A stretch of 64,000 nucleotides of DNA, from positions 14,589-78,588 of the forward strand of contig JAUVVY010000006.1 of assembly GCA_030604405.1 (NCBI GenBank). The letters are read 5' to 3'. Made by a program: the position numbers and the translations under genes. Positions 18,038 through 27,443 of the stretch are shown one piece after another. Numbering within the stretch: position 1 is the stretch's first letter; each line of letters starts with the position of its first letter. The stretch is from a bacterium (GTDB lineage Bacteria; Armatimonadota; Zipacnadia; Zipacnadales; UBA11051). The notes beneath the pieces are model-generated. The model did no database searches. It was not told the origin of the DNA and saw nothing but the letters and a program-made list of their open reading frames with translations.

Positions 18038-19029
18038 CCGTCCTCTGCGGCGAAGTCGTCCTGGAGCTGCGAACGTATGCGCGGAGCAAACTGCGCAGCG
18101 GTGCTACGCGCCTGCGCCGCCTTTTCATCTTCCCCTAAATCCTCCAGGATTTCGCCCAGCCGCATCCATATCTGGTAATTCTGCGGATGGTCCTCCGCCG
18201 CCCCTGCCATTTCATTGGCGGCGTCAAATTTCTTATCCTGCAGAAAAAGCACCCAAGCCGCCGCTGAGGCCGCGGTGCCGTCTCCGGCCTCAATGCTGTC
18301 TGACTTCAGCGCCCAGGTACGAGCCTGATCCAGTTCCTTCTCTTGCACGATGTACAAGTTGGCGAGCCGCCGATAGGAACGAGCGTGTTCTGGGTCCTTA
18401 CGGATGGCGGCATGATACTGTTGTTCTGCCAGATCCAGCTTGTCATCGAGTACATATATGTCGCCCAGAGCAAAATGTGGCGTGGCACTCTCGGGGTCGG
18501 CCTTACTCGCGCCTCTGGCGGCCTCCACAGCCTTGTCCATATCGCCTGATACTTTGTAGGCCGCCGACAGGTTGAGCCAAGCCAGAGTATGATCCGGATG
18601 CTTCTCAACGGTTCGCTTAAGAACCCTTATGGCGTCTCGATTGCGTCCCAGCCGCAAGAACAACCTTCCCTTCAGTTCCATAACCTCTGCCGATTCCGGA
18701 CGCAACTGCAGCGCGAGGTTGACCCAGTCCAGAGCCTCTACCTCGTTGCGCAACTCCGTATTCGCCTGCGCCATGCCCCACGCGATGTCATAGTCATCGT
18801 TCACAAGCTCAGAGGCACGCTTAAACGCGACGAAGGCGTCGTTGTACTCTCGGGCCTCCAGATGTGCCTGCCCACGCTCCTTGAACAGAGCTGCCTGTTC
18901 GGTCGGTGTCACCTCCACAGCAGTGCCAACGTCTGCTGAGTCCGATTGCGATGGCCCTCGGCACCCGCTGATCCCTGCGAAAACCAGCAACCCGGCGCTC
19001 AGAACCACAAACCAACCAAAGTATCGCAT
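18034..19029 (-). CDS. TPR-repeat lipoprotein
   Basis: Lipobox ISG-C after a hydrophobic signal; about 7 TPR-like helical pairs. Confidence 0.85.
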   Translation of the reverse strand: MRYFGWFVVLSAGLLVFAGISGCRGPSQSDSADVGTAVEVTPTEQAALFKERGQAHLEAREYNDAFVAFKRASELVNDDYDIAWGMAQANTELRNEVEALDWVNLALQLRPESAEVMELKGRLFLRLGRNRDAIRVLKRTVEKHPDHTLAWLNLSAAYKVSGDMDKAVEAARGASKADPESATPHFALGDIYVLDDKLDLAEQQYHAAIRKDPEHARSYRRLANLYIVQEKELDQARTWALKSDSIEAGDGTAASAAAWVLFLQDKKFDAANEMAGAAEDHPQNYQIWMRLGEILEDLGEDEKAAQARSTAAQFAPRIRSQLQDDFAAEDG

Positions 19030-19116
19030 CGTTACTGAGTCCACTTTCCTGAACGGTCGCAAAACCGCTGCCAAATCCGTATGTATCCTAAGATTCGCTA
19101 TTGTGGAACCCGCTAC

Positions 19117-22100
19117 CTACCGCGGCGGCCCTGCCTCTGCTACGCAATATTCACACAAGCGCTGATAATCACAATTCGCACACCAGGTGCCTGGCCGGTG
19201 TCCGAATTGTCCTCCGTGCAGATTGCTCAGTAGCCGCCTGGCCTCACTCAGCGCTGCTCCTATCACATCCTCAACGGGTAGCCGCTTGATCTCAGCAACG
19301 CTCAGATAGACCAGCGTCGCGGAGGCCGGCAACTCCCCGCGACTCTGCCGCACAGCCTCACAGTACAGCCCTATCTGAAATTCGTACGGCGACAGCCCAT
19401 CAGTGTCCGGCGGCCGACCGGTCTTGTAGTCCAGCACATGGACGCTGCCGTCAGACATCTCGGCAAGGGCGTCAATCTTGCCCTCGATGATTACCTCGTC
19501 CACGACAAACAATACCGGCAGCTCCGAGCGCAGGTGTTGTGCCTGGCTGACAATTGTAGCATAAGTTGGCGTATTCAGGTAAGTCTGAATCCAGTTCTTG
19601 ACGTCCTGTATCTGCTTTGAGTTGAGACGTCCGCCGACTTCCGGTGACCTTTCGGCACTCTCCATCGCCCCATCAAGTGCATCTATTCCCTCTCTGCCCA
19701 CCATCTCCAGCACCAAGTGAGCGAAGCTACCTACGATCACACCTGAAGCGCGGTCCTCAAGCCGTCCGACGCCCCACGTCTCGTCCACAGCCGGTGTGTC
19801 CTCGATGAATCTGAGCTTATATGAAAGCGGGCACTGTCGGTACTGGGACAAGCCTGTCACAGCTATTGCCTCAAGATCGGCCACCGCAATCGAGACTACG
19901 TCCACCTGTCTTCGCAACTCCGCTGAGGCGCGGGCATCGCCGATTGTCTGCCCGGCCAAGACCGCAGCCTGGTGCCGGTCTGCCAGGGACTTGCGGCCGG
20001 AAGAGGCCGGCGGCAGCTCCGATGGCGGCACCATCTGTAGCGGCATCTGCCAGGAACCCTCGCCAAGCTGCCCGCACTCGCCAGCATCAAGATCCCAGCC
20101 GCTAACCCCCGCCAGCCAGCCTAGCCAGGTGTTCGACGGGTAAGTCTTCGGGTTGGCTGCATCTATGGCCGACGAGATAATGAGGTAGTCCCTGGCGCGA
20201 GTGGCAGCAACATACAGGACCCGCCGGCGCTCTGCCAGGTCCCTTCGCTCATTCGCCTGCCTGATCAGTTCCCCGATGGCGCACTGCTCGCTATGGCCGT
20301 TGTTGTTTTGTCCGGTGCGCGCGCAGATGCCATATTCAGTTGACGTTACCAATGTCTTGCTGCCCGCCCGAAAGGTTCGCCCGAAGTCCGGTATAGCCAC
20401 TACCGGCCACTCCCGACCCTTTGCCTGGTGGATAGTCACCAGCTCCACGGCATCTCCTTCGGCCTTCGATAGCGGCGCTTCCCCCTCACGGTCTTCCATT
20501 TCACTAAGTGTGTGAACGTAGGAGACGAACTCTCCCAAAGTATAATTGCTATCTCGCTCGAACCCGCGTGAGATATCAATCAGCTTCTCGATATTCGCGA
20601 GCATCCGCCGACCCGCAAACTGCGCCGCCATCGCCGCTGAATAGCCGGTCTCATCCACAATCTTCTGAAGCAGCACCGATAGCGGCACCGCACCCGACAA
20701 ACTGCGGAATTCCTCTGTCTTAGCGCGTGCCCACCGCGCCTTCTCAACCGTGTCAGCAGGGGCCACCGGGTCTGCATTACCTTCGCCCAAAGTGCATAAG
20801 CCGGCAAACAGTGAATCGCCGGCCAGAGCCGCCCGGTACAGCTCATTGTCGTCAAAGCCGAACATCGGCGAGCGCAATACACCCGCCAGCGCTACACTGT
20901 CGTTAAAGTTGTCGAGAACGCGTACCATATTGAGAATGTCGCTTACCTCGGCCCGGCGCCAGAAGCCCCTGCCAACAACCGTATAGAACGGAATGTTATG
21001 ACGCCGCAGCGCCCGCTCGTAGAGGTTGATGTTGGTCGTGGCGCGGAACAGCAGGGCGATGTCGCCAAGTGCAATTGGCCGAGGCTTTCCGTCCTCGCCA
21101 TCAACCCGGAAGCCACTGTCCAACATCTCCGCCAGCCGCTTTGCGATATTGGCTGCTTCCGCCTCGCGCCGCAGCTCGGCATTGAAATCATCGTCACCTG
21201 CATCGCCATCTTCGCCGCGGCCCACGTTGGTCATCAGCACTTCACCGGCCAGACCGTCGTCCCGAGCCTCGCGCTGGGTTTCGACTGCCTCGAAGCGCGC
21301 GGCATAGTCCGGCTTTTCACCAGTGCCCATCACCGCCTCATGCGCAAATAGCCAGTTGTGGAAGCCCACCAGGTTCTCTGTACTTCGGAAGCCGGCCTGG
21401 AGCACGAGTTCATCTACACCATCACAACCCGCTGCGAAGTCCTCTCGCGCGCGCCGGAAAACAGTCACGTCCGCATTGCGGAAGCCATAGATTGACTGCT
21501 TCGCATCGCCGACCAGAAACAGACGCGGCCCCTGGCGATCCGGATTTTGACTGTCGAATCCGGTGATTGCCGAGACGATCTGCCACTGGAGCCGATTGGT
21601 GTCCTGGAATTCATCCACCATGACCTGCTTGTAGCGCTGCCGGCAGCGGCTCCCCACATCTGGATTGTCAGCCAGGAGCCGCACCGTCTGCAACTGCAAG
21701 TCAGTGAAGTCGAGAGCGGACTGTTCGGCCTTGGCTGCCTGGAAAGCCTGCGAGCACGCTGCCGCCTCCTCCCACAGAGCCGCGGTCTTGGCCGCTGCTG
21801 CCTGCGTGGATTCGGTTTCCTCCAGCATCTCAAGCGCTTTGCACAAGGGGGCCAGTGCATCCTCGACCGCATTCAGTGCCGCCTTGATAAGTTCAAACTG
21901 TTCCTCGCTTGCCCAGCCGTCCCACTTTTTTGCGGTCCTGCTGCCGTCCACGGCCGCACGTGCCTGCATGAGGGTATCGAGCCGACTTTGCGGATTGAGG
22001 CTGCTATCACCGATAGCGCTCGACAGTGCTGTAAGCACGATTTGGCGCTTGTCCGCGTATCTGGCCTTCTCATCTGCCGGCGGGGTCTGCTCCAGGATGT

Positions 22101-22773
22101 TTAGTGCGCCGTGCAATTCTGACGAGGCCAGCACCTCCCGCACGCTGTCCTGTATAAGCTCGGGCCTGATTTCGTCCCAGTATTCCAGCACCTGCTCCGC
22201 CGTTGGTGGATTGTCCAGCCACTTCACGTAATGCTCGCGCGCGTGCAAAATGCTGTGCAGCAATTCCTCCGCTTTCCAGCGCCCATATTCGCTGACAACC
22301 ATGACACAGCTTTCTTCGCCCTCCGCCAGTCGCCCCAGGAGAGTCTCCTTTACGATCCTGCGACGCAGCAGCCATGTCGGGCGCTCTTCCATAACTACAT
22401 AGCGGGGATCAAGGCCCGCCTCGATTGCAAAGTCCCGCAGCAGGGCGCCGCAAAAGCTGTGTATGGTCGTAATCGGGGCAGTCTCCAGCTCGGCTGCAAT
22501 GCGTCGCCAGTGCCGGGCTTGCGCGGGATCGCCAGCAGCAATCCTTTTCTGACATTCTTGACGGAGGCGGCCGCGCATTTCAGCCGCCGCCTTAACCGTG
22601 AAGGTCACCGCGACGATCTCGTGCGGCGACACTCCGGCCTCAAGTGCGGCCATGTAGCGGCCGACCAGCACCGTGGTCTTGCCGGTTCCAGCGCCGGCGG
22701 CGAGGAACACGTCACGGTCCAGATCCAGCGCCTGGTCGCGTATGTTTTGGTCCAGAGGCGGCGGCTTAGTCAT
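19117..22773 (-). CDS. addA: ATP-dependent helicase/nuclease subunit A (UvrD-like helicase plus PD-(D/E)XK nuclease)
   Basis: AGAGTGKT, VDEFQDTN, VGDAKQSIYGFR, TIHQAKGREW, RRVLYVAATRA, GKIDAL...DYKTG. Confidence 0.93.
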   Translation of the reverse strand: MTKPPPLDQNIRDQALDLDRDVFLAAGAGTGKTTVLVGRYMAALEAGVSPHEIVAVTFTVKAAAEMRGRLRQECQKRIAAGDPAQARHWRRIAAELETAPITTIHSFCGALLRDFAIEAGLDPRYVVMEERPTWLLRRRIVKETLLGRLAEGEESCVMVVSEYGRWKAEELLHSILHAREHYVKWLDNPPTAEQVLEYWDEIRPELIQDSVREVLASSELHGALNILEQTPPADEKARYADKRQIVLTALSSAIGDSSLNPQSRLDTLMQARAAVDGSRTAKKWDGWASEEQFELIKAALNAVEDALAPLCKALEMLEETESTQAAAAKTAALWEEAAACSQAFQAAKAEQSALDFTDLQLQTVRLLADNPDVGSRCRQRYKQVMVDEFQDTNRLQWQIVSAITGFDSQNPDRQGPRLFLVGDAKQSIYGFRNADVTVFRRAREDFAAGCDGVDELVLQAGFRSTENLVGFHNWLFAHEAVMGTGEKPDYAARFEAVETQREARDDGLAGEVLMTNVGRGEDGDAGDDDFNAELRREAEAANIAKRLAEMLDSGFRVDGEDGKPRPIALGDIALLFRATTNINLYERALRRHNIPFYTVVGRGFWRRAEVSDILNMVRVLDNFNDSVALAGVLRSPMFGFDDNELYRAALAGDSLFAGLCTLGEGNADPVAPADTVEKARWARAKTEEFRSLSGAVPLSVLLQKIVDETGYSAAMAAQFAGRRMLANIEKLIDISRGFERDSNYTLGEFVSYVHTLSEMEDREGEAPLSKAEGDAVELVTIHQAKGREWPVVAIPDFGRTFRAGSKTLVTSTEYGICARTGQNNNGHSEQCAIGELIRQANERRDLAERRRVLYVAATRARDYLIISSAIDAANPKTYPSNTWLGWLAGVSGWDLDAGECGQLGEGSWQMPLQMVPPSELPPASSGRKSLADRHQAAVLAGQTIGDARASAELRRQVDVVSIAVADLEAIAVTGLSQYRQCPLSYKLRFIEDTPAVDETWGVGRLEDRASGVIVGSFAHLVLEMVGREGIDALDGAMESAERSPEVGGRLNSKQIQDVKNWIQTYLNTPTYATIVSQAQHLRSELPVLFVVDEVIIEGKIDALAEMSDGSVHVLDYKTGRPPDTDGLSPYEFQIGLYCEAVRQSRGELPASATLVYLSVAEIKRLPVEDVIGAALSEARRLLSNLHGGQFGHRPGTWCANCDYQRLCEYCVAEAGPPR

Positions 22774-25700
22774 TTTCCGCCTCCCTTATCTCGGCACCGC
22801 CACTGCACATACCGGCACCCCGCGGCAAAGTCACACCACCGGCACGCATCCTCAGTATTCGGTGCCACCGGAAAACGCCCAGACCGGATCTTGTTCGCGA
22901 ACTTGACAATATGCCTTCGTGCAGCCGTCAGCAGCGTGTCGCGGTCCAACCGCTTATCGCCGGGCTTAATCTGAATCGCGCGCCGTGCCCTGGCATTTCG
23001 AATCTGATAGTACGAGGCAAGCAGGCACTCAAGCTGCGGCTCCTCGCCCGCCAGCAGCGTCTCTCCGGCCATTATGTATATGGGTAGCTGCAGGTCCTCG
23101 CCCCTAGTCATCGCCGGGCCACCCGGCAGCGAGCTCGATGTCTTGTAATCAAACACCGCAAATCCTACAGCGTTCCCCTCGGCATCAACTACTCTGTCAA
23201 GCCGGTCAATCCGTCCCCTGATTTTGACTGCTTCATCCTCGCCTTCGATCACCAGTGGCGCGTTATCGCCGTACCCATACGGCGCCTCCAGCATCAGGGG
23301 CACATAATGAAGGCCTGCCTTGCCGGCATTTGCCTTTGCTTCGGCAGCCGGCAGAGCCGACAGATCGGCTCGCAATTCCTGCTGCATCATTTGCCACAGG
23401 CGTTGATGCGCGACGAGACTGTCTCGCTCGTGCAGGGCCAGTATTTCATCAGCAACCCGCTGCAGCGCAGCGTGCGCCTGCTGTAAATCCGTCTCAAGTA
23501 TCGCCCGCGAGTGGCTGTCATCGCTGATCCAGTCAGTCAGGAACCTGGCCAGGATGCGATGTGCCAGACTGCCACGCGCGGCCCGGTCAATCTCCTCCTC
23601 CGGCTCGTCAACACTTTCCAGCGCCAGCACGCGTTCCATGAAGAACTTGAAGGGGCACGAGCCGTATGTTGAAAGCTGGCTGGCACTGTAGAGGTGCTCT
23701 GGCCCCCAATCCGTCGCCAGTTGTCTGATCAGGGCCTCGTCATCCAGCATCCCATCGTAGCAATCGAACGGCTCGCGGCTGTAGCGTCGCCGCTCAGCCA
23801 GCGCCGACATGGCCGCACGCAGTAGCACCACTTTGTCAATTTCACAAAGCAGGTTGTACGCCGCCAGCACGTCGTCGTCATTCGCTTCCGATGAATCGGT
23901 GGCAAACATCCGCGTGAAAGTAGATTCCCGCAACTGCCGAACTCCGTAAACATCCATTGTCTCTGCAGCGCTTGTTGCCTCTGGCTCTTTCGCCGCGCTG
24001 CCGTTGCGCTCGACCAGCCGCTCGACTTGCTCGAAATACTGTGATGGCAGTATTGGATTGCCATCGCTGCTGGTGTCAGCGTAACTCAGATATAGGCGCT
24101 GCGTGGCCGCGGATACTGCCTCATGAAACAGAAACGCCTCTGCCATTTCATTGTTCAGTCGGGTGCGCAGGTCAAAGTCGGCCTGCTCCGACAGCCGTCT
24201 CCGCTCGGCTTCGGGGTAGAAGACATCTTCACGGAACACAAGCGGGAACGAGTTCTGCGCCAGGTCGGCCAGGAACAAGTACAGCACTCGCGCCTGGCGC
24301 AGATCATAAACATCTACCACCCGCACGCGGCCTTGTTGCTGGCGGTCGGGACTGAACTTGACGTGTCTGACCAGGGCGTTCAGCTCGCCAATGAACACGG
24401 CGGCGCTCATCACGATCTCTGACGCGCCCAGGCGTTCCACCTCTTGGTATTGCCGCAGAGCTTCACAAAAGGCGTCGAAGGCGCGAATGTTGTCACGGTT
24501 GCGGAGCGTCGTGGCCGATCTCTTGGCTAGCCCATCAGCCGACAGGCCAAAGCGCTCCATTAGCCTCTGCAGTGCAGCGATATGCTGTCCCATCGTGCCT
24601 GTCTGCGGCAGCCTATCCAGCTCGGTGAAAAGAGCCGAAAGCAGGTTTTCCACGTTTTCGACATCCCGCCGCCTGGCCGCGACATCGTCCGCTTTACTAA
24701 TCATGCGAAAATCGTCGTCCAGTTCGTCCGGATCCCGCTCTTGGTTTTCGATTGCTCTTTGATGACGGACCAGGCGCTGATTGTATAATTCCAGCCCCCT
24801 GATCCACTGCTCGCGGCCAGCGACTATGCCCGCCCGGCACGCCACCGTGTACACCGTATCGCTGTCAGGTTTGCCTGCTTCGTCCTGCAGGCACGACAGG
24901 TCAACCAGATCACTGCGCAGGAAATTGACAACATCATCTCGCCGGAGATCATTCGCGATGATGTTGAGCAGGCTCATCACCACTTGCACCAGCGGCTGCC
25001 CGGCAATACCGTCCTTACCGGAAAAGTAGTGGGGCACGCCGTATTCATCGAAGGTCTGGCTTATCAGGTCCCGGCACTTCTGCGGCTGTCGGAAGGCCAC
25101 GCAGATGTCTGCTGCAGGGATGTCTTGCAGCAGCAGGCGTTTGACCTCTGCAGCGATCCAGGAGACCTCCGCCCGGGCGCTGTCAGCAACCGTAAGGCGG
25201 ATTTGCTCGGTGCAATCACCCGATGGTGGCGGGCTGATGGCGAAGAGCTGCTCCCGCAAGAATGCCAGCGCGTCATCAGGGCTGTCCGCGCTTGCAACCG
25301 ACTCGCACACCGCCTCGGGCATTAGCTCTTGGATGCGCCGCAATGTCCGCTCGGGCAGCAATCTGACTTCCTCGCGTGTCTCGTCCGGCTGGTAGGGAAG
25401 TGTGATGACAGTCTCTTCGGCAAATGAGGCCAGGTGCGCCAGCACCTGAATCTGTGTGGTGGTGAAGTCGGCAAACCCGTCAACAAATAGCCGCTTCATG
25501 CCTTCTAATGGCGCCAACTTGCCCTGCTTCAGCAGGTCGCGTGCTTCCCAGAACTTCCCAGCCGCATCGTACAGTCTCTTCTCGCTCAACAGGTCCTGGT
25601 GGCGCCCATAGATCGCGCACAACTCGCGGTCGAGGGGTCGGTCGAGGCCGACCTGCGTCAGCCTGGCAGCAAAATCATCCGGTCTGATTGCGGCCCGTTT

Positions 25701-26096
25701 GAGTTCATCAATGAAGCCGAGCAACGCCTGCACCAGCCCCGGGGTGTGCGCCGAGCCCGCCAGCGCGCCGAGCCCATCATCCGCTGCGACCTCCCTGAGC
25801 ACCTGCCGCATCAGCAGTCCCTGCTGCAGATCGGTAATCTCAGGTGCCTGCGCGTGGTTGGCACGCAGCAGCTCTTCGGCCAAATCGGGGAAAGTGAATA
25901 TGCGGGCGTCAGCCAGCCCGTTCAGAAGGCCTTCTTTCAGAAGCCTGCGCGATGTTCCACGTGAAACATTGGCAGTAGGCAGAAGCAGCACAGCGGAATC
26001 AAATCCTGCATCCTGCACCTGTGCCACGTAGCGGCTGACTATCTCTTCGCTTTTGCCGCAGCCTGGTGGGCCGCAAAGCAGCTTTACATTGGCCAT
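22770..26096 (-). CDS. addB: Helicase/nuclease subunit B
   Basis: GPPGCGKS, VDGFADFT, SASQLSTYGSCPF, RGRIDRLD...DYKT..LQLPIY, CRWCDFAAGC; 4-nt overlap with addA. Confidence 0.92.
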   Translation of the reverse strand: MANVKLLCGPPGCGKSEEIVSRYVAQVQDAGFDSAVLLLPTANVSRGTSRRLLKEGLLNGLADARIFTFPDLAEELLRANHAQAPEITDLQQGLLMRQVLREVAADDGLGALAGSAHTPGLVQALLGFIDELKRAAIRPDDFAARLTQVGLDRPLDRELCAIYGRHQDLLSEKRLYDAAGKFWEARDLLKQGKLAPLEGMKRLFVDGFADFTTTQIQVLAHLASFAEETVITLPYQPDETREEVRLLPERTLRRIQELMPEAVCESVASADSPDDALAFLREQLFAISPPPSGDCTEQIRLTVADSARAEVSWIAAEVKRLLLQDIPAADICVAFRQPQKCRDLISQTFDEYGVPHYFSGKDGIAGQPLVQVVMSLLNIIANDLRRDDVVNFLRSDLVDLSCLQDEAGKPDSDTVYTVACRAGIVAGREQWIRGLELYNQRLVRHQRAIENQERDPDELDDDFRMISKADDVAARRRDVENVENLLSALFTELDRLPQTGTMGQHIAALQRLMERFGLSADGLAKRSATTLRNRDNIRAFDAFCEALRQYQEVERLGASEIVMSAAVFIGELNALVRHVKFSPDRQQQGRVRVVDVYDLRQARVLYLFLADLAQNSFPLVFREDVFYPEAERRRLSEQADFDLRTRLNNEMAEAFLFHEAVSAATQRLYLSYADTSSDGNPILPSQYFEQVERLVERNGSAAKEPEATSAAETMDVYGVRQLRESTFTRMFATDSSEANDDDVLAAYNLLCEIDKVVLLRAAMSALAERRRYSREPFDCYDGMLDDEALIRQLATDWGPEHLYSASQLSTYGSCPFKFFMERVLALESVDEPEEEIDRAARGSLAHRILARFLTDWISDDSHSRAILETDLQQAHAALQRVADEILALHERDSLVAHQRLWQMMQQELRADLSALPAAEAKANAGKAGLHYVPLMLEAPYGYGDNAPLVIEGEDEAVKIRGRIDRLDRVVDAEGNAVGFAVFDYKTSSSLPGGPAMTRGEDLQLPIYIMAGETLLAGEEPQLECLLASYYQIRNARARRAIQIKPGDKRLDRDTLLTAARRHIVKFANKIRSGRFPVAPNTEDACRWCDFAAGCRYVQWRCRDKGGGK
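25953..25968. promoter_or_regulatory. parS: parS site (ParB loading site)
   Basis: TGTTCCACGTGAAACA, an exact match to the widespread consensus TGTTNCACGTGAAACA, inside addB. Confidence 0.85.
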
Positions 26097-26112
26097 CTAT
26101 TCCCGTCCACTC

Positions 26113-27111
26113 TTACCACTCCACGGCGTTGGTGCGCAGTTCGTGCGAGCCGTCGGGCCGCGTCCACTCATAGAAAAAGTGCAGGTGGGTCTCCGTCGGC
26201 ACGACCTCGATGTAACGTATCGTCCTGGTTGCGTGCGGAGACAGCACGAAGGGACCGTCAAGCGTAATGCGCTCCCAGTGGCGCAGATCGTGGCTCACGC
26301 AGACGCCGGCTTTCTCCTCGTAATTCTCCTCGACACTGGCGCTGCCATCGTAGAAGCCGATATACACCGGCGGCGTGTAGAGTACCGAACTCAGGCGCGT
26401 GCAGTACTGGTCCCAGCCGCTGTCGGGTGGCGTCAATATATCGCCCCGCCAGATCCAGTCAATCCCATTGCCGCTGGTGGCCAGCCCGCTGTGCGATTTG
26501 ACGATGCCGGTGTTAAAAACGTCGCCGGTGCCATGCATCTTCTCTCCCATGCCGGCGTCAGCAGCCCTGGGGTTCGGCGCATAGCTGACGATCATGTGCA
26601 GCAGGCCACCGATATTGTAGATGACTGGGTCCTTGACGCCCTCTGCATCGCAGTCGTCGGCATTGAGTATGGGGACGCGGTTGGTTACGTCGAACTTGTC
26701 CGGAGCGGCGGCCTCGGTCAGCTCTATGCACCAGCGGCCGTCCTGATCCACAAATGACATATACAGCCGCCACAGATCATCGGCGGCCTTGAACAGGCAG
26801 GCTTTCTCCATTGATTGCGTGTCAATCTCTTCTTTAGTGGCGTTCCAGATATCCTCAAAGTGGTAGCCGTCGTCGCTGGCAGCCACGCGGCAATCCACCC
26901 CGCGTCCCAGCTCTCGCGGCTTGCGCAGCCGATAGTACAGGTAGAATCTGGAAGAAGCTGCGTCATACATGGCGCTGCAGCCGCCGGCCCACCAGCCGAC
27001 GCCCTCTCCGAGCGGCTCTTTGACTGTGAGGCCCTCAGCAGGGTCAAAAAGTGGTATCCGGGCCATGTAACGCGCTGCGCGGCTTTGCCAATTTCTATCA
27101 TCAGTCTCCAT
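26113..27111 (-). CDS. Putative five-bladed beta-propeller glycosidase (GH32/43/130-like)
   Basis: FYLYYR, SDDGYHFE, WRLYMS, GVKDPVI, SHDLRHWER blade motifs; AGGAG RBS. Confidence 0.65.
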   Translation of the reverse strand: METDDRNWQSRAARYMARIPLFDPAEGLTVKEPLGEGVGWWAGGCSAMYDAASSRFYLYYRLRKPRELGRGVDCRVAASDDGYHFEDIWNATKEEIDTQSMEKACLFKAADDLWRLYMSFVDQDGRWCIELTEAAAPDKFDVTNRVPILNADDCDAEGVKDPVIYNIGGLLHMIVSYAPNPRAADAGMGEKMHGTGDVFNTGIVKSHSGLATSGNGIDWIWRGDILTPPDSGWDQYCTRLSSVLYTPPVYIGFYDGSASVEENYEEKAGVCVSHDLRHWERITLDGPFVLSPHATRTIRYIEVVPTETHLHFFYEWTRPDGSHELRTNAVEW

Positions 27112-27163
27112 TGCTCACTGATCTCCTGCACGGTAGTGGCAGCGTCTTAGTGCCAGCGGCGGG

Positions 27164-27178
27164 AAGCGAAATTCGCTT
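27164..27178. promoter_or_regulatory. Perfect 7-1-7 palindrome, candidate operator
   Basis: AAGCGAA-A-TTCGCTT between divergent operons, 6 nt upstream of a -35 box. Confidence 0.4.
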
Positions 27179-27184
27179 TGCCCC

Positions 27185-27213
27185 TTGTCAGCGGCTGCCA
27201 TCACCTCTATAAT
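27185..27213 (+). promoter_or_regulatory. Sigma70-type promoter TTGTCA-17-TATAAT
   Basis: -35 at 27185-27190, -10 at 27208-27213, pointing at the HEAT-repeat operon. Confidence 0.75.
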
Positions 27214-27443
27214 TCAATGGTAATACCTATTTTATCCGTCCACGACTGAATTCCTCTCTACCGGGAAGGTAAATCGCGGGCTTTGGAGAAGGATTTCTGT
27301 GCCATGCCGGAGAATTATCTCTGGTTGACGCTGGCAAGCTTGACCGCCGGCGCTAGTATGATGCGCCACAGCATTGCAGCTCATTACTACTGTCGGCCGA
27401 CAGACAGTACTGGCATATTTGCCTTTTCGAGGAGTTGACATCA

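Noticed and set aside
17084-18178. 364-aa plus-strand ORF
   Set aside because: Antisense to the clear cyclodeaminase-family gene.
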